Positions 26,653 to 33,378 of a DNA stretch of 63,531 nt are shown piece by piece. The notes under the pieces were generated by a model. It saw only the letters and a program-made list of their open reading frames with translations. It ran no database searches and had not been told where the DNA came from. Position 1 is the first letter of the stretch. Every line of letters starts with the position of its first letter. The DNA comes from an uncultured Bacilli bacterium (GTDB lineage Bacteria > Bacillota_I > Bacilli_A > RF39 > UBA660): the NCBI GenBank assembly GCA_947581835.1, contig CANPVV010000004.1:1-63531 (forward strand), in the 5' to 3' direction. Position numbers and translations under genes: made by a program.

Positions 26653-27948
26653 TTAACATTCTTTTAAAAGACGATTTAATTCTACAGCATATTCTAAAGG
26701 TAGTTCATGTTTGAAATCTTTAATAAAACCCATCACTAATAATTCTTTAGCAAGAGATTCACTTAAACCTTTACTCATTAAATAAAATAATTGTTCTGCG
26801 TTTACTTTAGAGATAGTGGCCTCATGTTCTATGGTTGATGAGCTATTACTTAGAATATTGTTGGGAATAGTATCGCTTTTACTTTTATTGTCTAAAATTA
26901 TGGTGTCACATTTAATGGTGGCTTTAGAATTAGTGGCATTTTTAGTAATTTTAGTGGTACCACGATAAGTACTTAGGCCCCCATTTACCGAAATAGATTT
27001 ACTTACAATATTACTTTTAGTATTTTTGCCTAAATGAATCATTTTTGCTCCAGCATCTAAGATTTGGTTTTCATTAGCATAAGCAATACTAATCGAATTA
27101 CCCCGTGAATTATCTCCTTTTAAGATACAGCTTGGATATTTCATAGTTATTTTAGAGCCAATATTACCATCAATCCATTCCATTAGACCGGATTCTTCAA
27201 CTATGGCTCGTTTAGTTACTAAATTATATACATCTTTGCTCCAATTTTGGATAGTGGAATATTTACATTTAGCGTGTTTTCCCACATAGATTTCAACTAC
27301 TCCGGCATGTAAGCTTGTAGAAGAATAACTTTTAGCAGTACAGCCTTCGATATATTCTAGTTCAGCATAATCATCAACAATAATTATAGTATGTTCAAAT
27401 TGACCAAGAGATGCACTTTCAATACGAAAATAACTTTGCAAAGGTCTATCTAATTTAGTATGTTTAGGTATATAGATAAAAGAACCCCCACTCCAGAAAG
27501 CACAGTTTAGGGCAGTATATTTATTTTCTGAATATTTAACTAGATTATTAAAATACTTTTTAAATAGATCAGGATATTTTTTTAAAGCTTCATCAGTACT
27601 GGTAAAAATTACTTTACTTTCTTTATCCTTAATATTATGGTAGACTACTTCACTTTCATATTGGTTGGTAACTCCATATAAATATTCTTGTTCTGCTTTT
27701 ACAACACCAAGATCACAAAAGGTATTGCGAATATTGTTATCAACTTTGTTCCAATCATCGGTTAATTTATTTTCATTGTCTTTATAGTAGGTTATAGCTT
27801 TAAAATCAATGTCTAATTTAGGACCAAAAGTAGGATTATTAAAAGTATTGAAGGTTTCTAAAGACTTTAGTCTAAAGTCTAATACCCATTTTGGTTCATT
27901 TTTTTTCTTGCTTAAATCTATAACATATTTTTTGTCTATTTCTTGCAT
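26653..27948 (-). CDS. sufB: Fe-S cluster assembly protein SufB
   Basis: SufB-type blocks include FWSGGSFIYIPK, YIEGCTA, HLGKNTKSNI, IEHEATISKV and LPLEYAVELNRLL. No sufC/D/S/U lies adjacent. Confidence 0.85.
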   Translation of the reverse strand: MQEIDKKYVIDLSKKKNEPKWVLDFRLKSLETFNTFNNPTFGPKLDIDFKAITYYKDNENKLTDDWNKVDNNIRNTFCDLGVVKAEQEYLYGVTNQYESEVVYHNIKDKESKVIFTSTDEALKKYPDLFKKYFNNLVKYSENKYTALNCAFWSGGSFIYIPKHTKLDRPLQSYFRIESASLGQFEHTIIIVDDYAELEYIEGCTAKSYSSTSLHAGVVEIYVGKHAKCKYSTIQNWSKDVYNLVTKRAIVEESGLMEWIDGNIGSKITMKYPSCILKGDNSRGNSISIAYANENQILDAGAKMIHLGKNTKSNIVSKSISVNGGLSTYRGTTKITKNATNSKATIKCDTIILDNKSKSDTIPNNILSNSSSTIEHEATISKVNAEQLFYLMSKGLSESLAKELLVMGFIKDFKHELPLEYAVELNRLLKEC

Positions 27949-28075
27949 ATTTATCCCCAAAGAGTATTATACTACATTATTTTTTATTTGTTTAGTATAT
28001 TTTTTAAATGTTTAGAGTTGTTTTTTAGATATTTTTTTGATAAAATTATAGATAGTAAATAATTGGAGGGATATT

Positions 28076-28777
28076 ATGAGTGATACAGATTTAAGTAAAA
28101 GTAAAATAATTAATATTAATGATTTTATATTTCGACAAAATTTAGAATTTTATCCGAATTTAAGTAGTTTGATATGTGAAAATAATATTTTATATCTAAA
28201 AAAAGATAATAAGATAGTTGATAATGTAGCTCTTACTTTTGATTTGAGAACTCTTCCGGGTGAATCATGGAATGTAACTCCAGAAAATTTTTTAAATATT
28301 ATTCGTTTAAATAAAGAGTGTGCGAATTTATATAAGTTTGGGGAATTTATGAGGGGTCATGCACATGAAAAATTTTTAGATAATAATGAGGCAATGCGAC
28401 AGATAATTGAGAAATTTATGCGAACTTATTTTATTGCAAAAGATAGTACAAATTTAACAGAAAATAATAAAATATTGTTAAGTCAGGCAGAATTTGTTAT
28501 TTCATCTTTACCAGATGACTCGGATATGAAAAAAATTATTAATGAAATAATTGATAAAGAGTTTGATAATACTAAAATGATGGGAAATACAAAGAGTTTG
28601 GCAGTTGCTGATTCATTAAAACAGCAAGGACAAGCCCCAGTTAGAGCACTTACTTTGGTTAAAAAAGAGGAATATCCTTTGGCAAGTAATAATAAAGCAG
28701 CTTTTATAAATATTGCAATATTACTATATGGAATTGTTAATGTCGGTTTAATTATGGCAATAGCTTTAATGAAATAG
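28076..28777 (+). CDS. Tail-anchored membrane protein, function unknown
   Basis: 233 aa with a single C-terminal TM helix (AAFINIAILLYGIVNVGLIMAIALM). Confidence 0.55.
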   Translation: MSDTDLSKSKIININDFIFRQNLEFYPNLSSLICENNILYLKKDNKIVDNVALTFDLRTLPGESWNVTPENFLNIIRLNKECANLYKFGEFMRGHAHEKFLDNNEAMRQIIEKFMRTYFIAKDSTNLTENNKILLSQAEFVISSLPDDSDMKKIINEIIDKEFDNTKMMGNTKSLAVADSLKQQGQAPVRALTLVKKEEYPLASNNKAAFINIAILLYGIVNVGLIMAIALMK

Positions 28778-28798
28778 TTACGGTTTGTAACTTTTTTC
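28776..28798 (+). terminator. Rho-independent terminator
   Basis: AGTTAC-ggttt-GTAACT followed by TTTTTT. Confidence 0.6.
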
Positions 28799-28896
28799 TT
28801 GGATAAATTTTTAGTTAGTTAAATAGTAAAAAGTAAAATGTTATTTGTAATAAATACTTTTTTTAATTAATAGCAAGATGATATGCAAATTTTTGT

Positions 28897-28925
28897 TTGC
28901 ATTAAAAGTTATTTTATGATATAAT
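28897..28925 (+). promoter_or_regulatory. tmRNA promoter TTGCAT-N17-TATAAT
   Basis: The hexamers were read directly. The mature 5' GGGG begins 10 nt downstream. Confidence 0.6.
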
Positions 28926-28935
28926 TTGAGTATAT

Positions 28936-29304
28936 GGGGTAGCCTATTGGTTTCGACATATATTACTAAATATGACGGCAAGTGGGAGTGACACCTTAAG
29001 TCTAAATTTAAAATTAAATGACAAGAATGAAAGTTCTTTTGCTTCAAATGCTTTTGCATTTGCCTAGTTTAATAAGGATATAGCAAGCTTCTATTTAATT
29101 TGCTTATAGGTTATTTAGGGGTTCATAGATATAAGATATATTATTTTATTTGATTAGGATAAAGTAATGAATTTTTACTAATCTAGTTATTTTATAGGTT
29201 GGTCCTTGAGCCAGTAGAATAATGAATTTTAAATCAGGCTAAACTTGTAGATGTTGTATTATAGGATATATTGGACAGGAGTTCGATTCTCCTCTACTCC
29301 ACCA
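28936..29304 (+). ncRNA. ssrA: Transfer-messenger RNA
   Basis: The 5' GGGGTAGC... pairs with the 3' ...CTACTCCACCA acceptor. A T-arm GGAGTTCGATTCTCC is present. The tag reading frame at 29020-29067 encodes DKNESSFASNAFAFA*. The minus-strand ORF 28841-29059 is spurious. Confidence 0.93.
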
Positions 29305-29330
29305 TTTTTGATTATCAAACTCGGACTTTT
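29304..29330. repeat. att-like direct repeat, copy 1 (tmRNA 3' end / terminator 5' half)
   Basis: The 27-nt ATTTTTGATTATCAAACTCGGACTTTT is repeated exactly at 29946-29972. Confidence 0.7.
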
Positions 29331-29460
29331 GTAGTTCGAGTTTTATAAAGTTTGAAATTTTGATATAATATTTATGATTTTAATTGATATATATGTCAAT
29401 TTAGAAACACACTAGTATATTGTCAAAAACAATATATTGCATAAAAAGAGAGGAAACAAA

Positions 29461-29901
29461 ATGATTATTAATAAATTTTTACAAATATTTTCAGAAGAAT
29501 ATATAAATTCTAAATCTATTGATAAATTACTAGGATTTACTAAAAAAACGTTACCTTCAGATGGAACTGATAAAATTTTTGTTGGATGTGTGATAATAAT
29601 GTTTGATCTAGGATTTACTGGTCCAGCATCCTGTCATGAATATCTATCTTCTATTGTTAAATCTGGAAAGGAAAAAGTAGGTAATACTAATTTATTGTAT
29701 TTTTATGTCAATCGAATTAATACAAATAAAATGGTTGCAAAATATTTAAAAAATATTAATCGAGACTTAAATTTTGAGAAACATATAGATTCAGTTATTG
29801 AATATTTAGAACAATTTTCTTTTGATTTTAGTGCAAAAATAAAAAGTGTTTATGATAAAAAATTAAATGATACAACAATTAATAAAGGTGTAATAGATTA
29901 A
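29461..29901 (+). CDS. Hypothetical protein carried between the att-like repeats
   Basis: The ATG at 29461 follows AGAGAGGA. No motif recognised. Confidence 0.5.
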   Translation: MIINKFLQIFSEEYINSKSIDKLLGFTKKTLPSDGTDKIFVGCVIIMFDLGFTGPASCHEYLSSIVKSGKEKVGNTNLLYFYVNRINTNKMVAKYLKNINRDLNFEKHIDSVIEYLEQFSFDFSAKIKSVYDKKLNDTTINKGVID

Positions 29902-29945
29902 TTTTAAGGTTATAAAGTTGTCGTACTCCTTCTTTAGGGTATACT

Positions 29946-29972
29946 ATTTTTGATTATCAAACTCGGACTTTT
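29946..29972. repeat. att-like direct repeat, copy 2
   Basis: Exact 27-nt copy of 29304-29330. It is preceded by TACTCC, a possible decayed copy of the tmRNA 3' stem. Confidence 0.7.
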
Positions 29973-30110
29973 TTATAAGTATCGAGAATAAATAGACAAT
30001 CAATTTTATATTAGGATTGATTTTTTGTTTAAAAAATGTTTTTTAAAGAAAGTCTTTCTTCAAAAAAGCTTGCATTTTAGCAATAAATAGTGTATATTAT
30101 TTATTGAGAT

Positions 30111-30202
30111 GTGCCTAGGAAACTTTTGAAGCCCTAGGTCTTTTTCATTTTATAGGAGGTAAAATGGCTAAAGAATTTAAATCAACTAATGAATTAATAG
30201 AA
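30111..30202 (+). repeat. Leader plus first 13 codons of the Abi gene (copy 1 of a direct repeat)
   Basis: GTGCCTAGGAAACTTTTGAAGCCCTAGGTCTTTTTCATTTTATAG...ATGGCTAAAGAATTTAAATCAAC...TTAATAGAA recurs at 31085-31174. Confidence 0.8.
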
Positions 30203-31051
30203 ATATTAAACTCAAAAGGTTTATTAATAAAAGATGAAAAGAATGTTAGATATTTAATTGAAAAATATTCTTATTATTCAATTATAAACTCTTATAAATG
30301 GATATTTAAAATAGGAGAAAATTATAAAGATAATGCTTCATTTGAAGAAATATTTGCAATGTATAAATTTGACAAGAATTTAAAAATAATAATGCTTAAA
30401 TATATTCTTGAGATAGAAGCAGTAATAAAAACTAAAATCGCTAATATATTTGCTCAAAAATATGGGTTAGAAGTCTATTTAAGTACTAATAACTTTGATT
30501 TAAAGGATGATGATTCTAACTTAGAGCACATAGAAAAACTAATAGAAGAGATTAAAAATGAAATTGATAAAGGAAATGGTAACCATGATGCAATAACTCA
30601 TTATATGAATAAATATGGATTTGTTCCACCTTGGGTTGTTACTAAAATATTATCTCTTGGGACTATTAGTAAGCTTTATGGTTTGATGAAGCAACAAGAT
30701 AGACAAGAAATTAGTAAGCAATTTCATATAAATGATAGAATATTAAAAAATATACTTGGTAATTTAACATCAGTTCGTAATATAGCAGCTCATGATGATA
30801 GATTATATACTTATAGAAGTACTTTCTATATCAGATTAGATAAAACAAAAAAATCTCCTGATAAAGCATTGCACACAAATATGTATATTATAATTAAATC
30901 TTTAGAATTATTATTAGAAAGTGGTCAAGCAATTGAAATGAAGAATTTAATTATAAATGAATTAGATATGTTAAAAGATAGTTTGACATCAATTACTATT
31001 GAAGAAGTATTAAAAGTAATGGGTTTTGATAAGGATTATTATATTGTATAA
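30164..31051 (+). CDS. Abi_2 (AbiD/AbiF-like) abortive-infection family protein
   Basis: The family pattern as I remember it: STNELIEILNSKGL, FDKNLKIIMLKYILEIE, PPWVVTKILSLGTISKLY, LTSVRNIAAHDDRLY. Confidence 0.8.
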   Translation: MAKEFKSTNELIEILNSKGLLIKDEKNVRYLIEKYSYYSIINSYKWIFKIGENYKDNASFEEIFAMYKFDKNLKIIMLKYILEIEAVIKTKIANIFAQKYGLEVYLSTNNFDLKDDDSNLEHIEKLIEEIKNEIDKGNGNHDAITHYMNKYGFVPPWVVTKILSLGTISKLYGLMKQQDRQEISKQFHINDRILKNILGNLTSVRNIAAHDDRLYTYRSTFYIRLDKTKKSPDKALHTNMYIIIKSLELLLESGQAIEMKNLIINELDMLKDSLTSITIEEVLKVMGFDKDYYIV

Positions 31052-31084
31052 ATATCAATCTATTACATATAATATTATTGAAAA

Positions 31085-31189
31085 GTGCCTAGGAAACTTT
31101 TGAAGCCCTAGGTCTTTTTCATTTTATAGATAAAAATGGCGAAAGAATTTAAATCAACGAATGAATTAATAGAATTAGAAATAAAATGA
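31085..31189 (+). pseudogene. Truncated 5' remnant of a second Abi_2 gene
   Basis: This is a ~90-nt copy of the Abi leader and start. The SD is destroyed (TATAGATAAAAATG) and only 17 codons remain (MAKEFKSTNELIELEIK*). Confidence 0.65.
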
Positions 31190-31326
31190 TAAATTTTCAA
31201 AAAAAATTAATATGATAGACACTTATATAAAGATAGTGCTAGTTAACATTAAAAAATCATTTCATCTAGTTTACAATTATTAAAGTTTATTTTCTTATAA
31301 CACATCATAAATAGTTAATACACAGC

Positions 31327-31356
31327 TTGACAAGTATAATATCAAAAAGATATAAT
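31327..31356 (+). promoter_or_regulatory. Promoter TTGACA-N18-TATAAT
   Basis: Consensus hexamers lie ~60 nt upstream of the UDG-like gene. Confidence 0.55.
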
Positions 31357-31414
31357 ACAATTAGTTTTTATTGTACTAAATGGAATTAGATATGTATTTT
31401 AGAGGAGGGATAAT

Positions 31415-32056
31415 ATGTGTAGTAAACACCCAAAATGGGGAAAAAATGGGGAATTGTATTATATACCTAATAATGCAACTAAATTGATTATTGGCACAAT
31501 GCCTCCTTCTAAGTTATGTAATGGAAAAATAGATGATGAAAAATTTATTGATTTCTTTTATGGCTCTCCTGATAATTATTTTTGGAATATTATGAAATTT
31601 CTTGAAGATAATAAAGAAAAAAAATTGAAATATAAAGAATTAAATAAAGATAATAAATTTGATGATATAGCTAGTTGTAAAGATTTCTTAGAAAGCCATA
31701 ACATTGGTATTTTAGATATTGTTGAAAGTTGTATACATAATAATAATTCTGCAGCCGATAGTGATTTACTAAGTATCAAAGAAATTGATCTAGTGAAAAT
31801 TTTAAAAGAAAATAATAGTATAAAAGAAATATTTTGTACTAGTGAATATGCTAAAACTCTATTATGTGTTTATTATGCTAAATCTATTATTAAAGAAAAA
31901 GAAGATAAACATTATAAGATAAGTTTTAGTGAAAAAGATAAATCTTTGTATTATGATTTATTTATATTATATTCTCCTACTAGAAGAATATTTAATAGAT
32001 ATCAAGATAATAAAGAAGTATACTTAAAAAATTATCTTAAACTTATTGAAAAATAA
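31415..32056 (+). CDS. Uracil-DNA glycosylase superfamily protein (deoxyinosine/hypoxanthine glycosylase-like)
   Basis: LIIGTMPPS...FFYGSPDNYFWNIM and GILDIVESC...AADSDL resemble the family-6 HDG pattern (LILGSFPS...YY.HP.N.FW; D...C.R.GS.DS). Confidence 0.55.
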   Translation: MCSKHPKWGKNGELYYIPNNATKLIIGTMPPSKLCNGKIDDEKFIDFFYGSPDNYFWNIMKFLEDNKEKKLKYKELNKDNKFDDIASCKDFLESHNIGILDIVESCIHNNNSAADSDLLSIKEIDLVKILKENNSIKEIFCTSEYAKTLLCVYYAKSIIKEKEDKHYKISFSEKDKSLYYDLFILYSPTRRIFNRYQDNKEVYLKNYLKLIEK

Positions 32057-32199
32057 AGTATAATTATTTTAGGCATTTTTAAGTGCCTTTTTTATTATTT
32101 TAGTTATATTGATTTATTAGAGAGTAGTATAATGTCTATAATCGTTAAAAATTATTGAAAAAATATAAAGTATTATAAGTATGAAAGTAGGTATTAATA

Positions 32200-33237
32200 A
32201 TGTATGATGAATTAAATTTAGAGGCAAAAAATTATTTATTAAAAGAAGTAAATGATATTTTCTGTAAAAAATATGATGATGAAAAATTATTAGAAAGATG
32301 TTACAAAGAATTAGATTTACTATATGAGAAAGATTTACTTTTTATTATTGAATACTTATATAAATTTAAAAAGGTAAATAAAGATATTAAGTATTATTTT
32401 AGAGGTATGATAAACAATTTATTAATATTATATGTATTAGATATAAGTGTAGTAAATCCTTTAGAATATAATTTACCTTATGAGTTATTTACTGATAAAA
32501 CTATTACTGTTGATGTAACTAATAATTCAGATTTACAACTTGTTAGTTATTTAGATAAACAAAATGATAAATTTAAAATAGTTTATGGCTTTTTTATAAA
32601 AGATGAGATAGAAGATGTTAATTATTTGTTAGATAAACATTATTTATTATTACCATGTGGTTTTATCGATGAATTTATGTTATTAAGATTTAATGATTTA
32701 AATTTATTACAGACTATTAACGATTATAGGGAATATAAAAATACATATATGACTATAAGAATTGATAATAAACCTTATAATAAAAACAAGGAAATATGTC
32801 TCGATAATATTTTTTATAATAAAATAGAAAAAGAAGTAGCTAAAATTTTAAAACCTAAAACTATAAATGATTATATAAAAACTAAGAATATAGTCCATGG
32901 TGTTGATGTTTGGAATAATAACCAAGATATTTTATTTAAAGATAAAAAGATAAATTTAGATAATTTAATCGCTAGTCGTGAAGATATATTAGAGTATTTA
33001 TTGGATCATAAAATAGAAAGAAATATAGCCATAGAAATTACAATTTTTATTAGTTTAGGAAAAAGGAAGAAAGAACCTGATAAATGGAATGAATATGTTA
33101 GAGTGATGAAAAAATATAAATGTGAAGAAACATTTATAGATATTTTTTCTAAAATATTATTTGTTTTTGGAAGAGGTCAAGCAGTAAGTGAGTGTTTATA
33201 TGTTTTAGATAAAGATAATTATTTAAATATCAATTAG
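32200..33237 (+). CDS. Miniaturised, probably non-catalytic PolC (C-family DNA polymerase alpha)-like protein
   Basis: Two segments align by eye to PolC. [32 protein letters not shown] matches [35 protein letters not shown]...[10 protein letters not shown]...[14 protein letters not shown] matches HGTDVWLGNAQ.LI...CRDDIMVYL...KIKYMFPKAHAAAY. The protein is only 345 aa. Confidence 0.5.
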   Translation: [345 protein letters not shown]

Positions 33238-33378
33238 GTAAATTAAAATGAATTATATAAAAGAGCAGAAAAAATTTAGTTAGTTTTAATTATAAATTAA
33301 AAATAAATTTCTATATTGGCAAATAATCTTGATTTAATTAAATATTATAGTAAAATAATTATATTAAGAGGTTTAGTT

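Noticed and set aside
28841-29059. 72-aa minus-strand ORF
   Set aside because: It lies antisense across the tmRNA gene and its promoter. tmRNA explains the conservation of this region.
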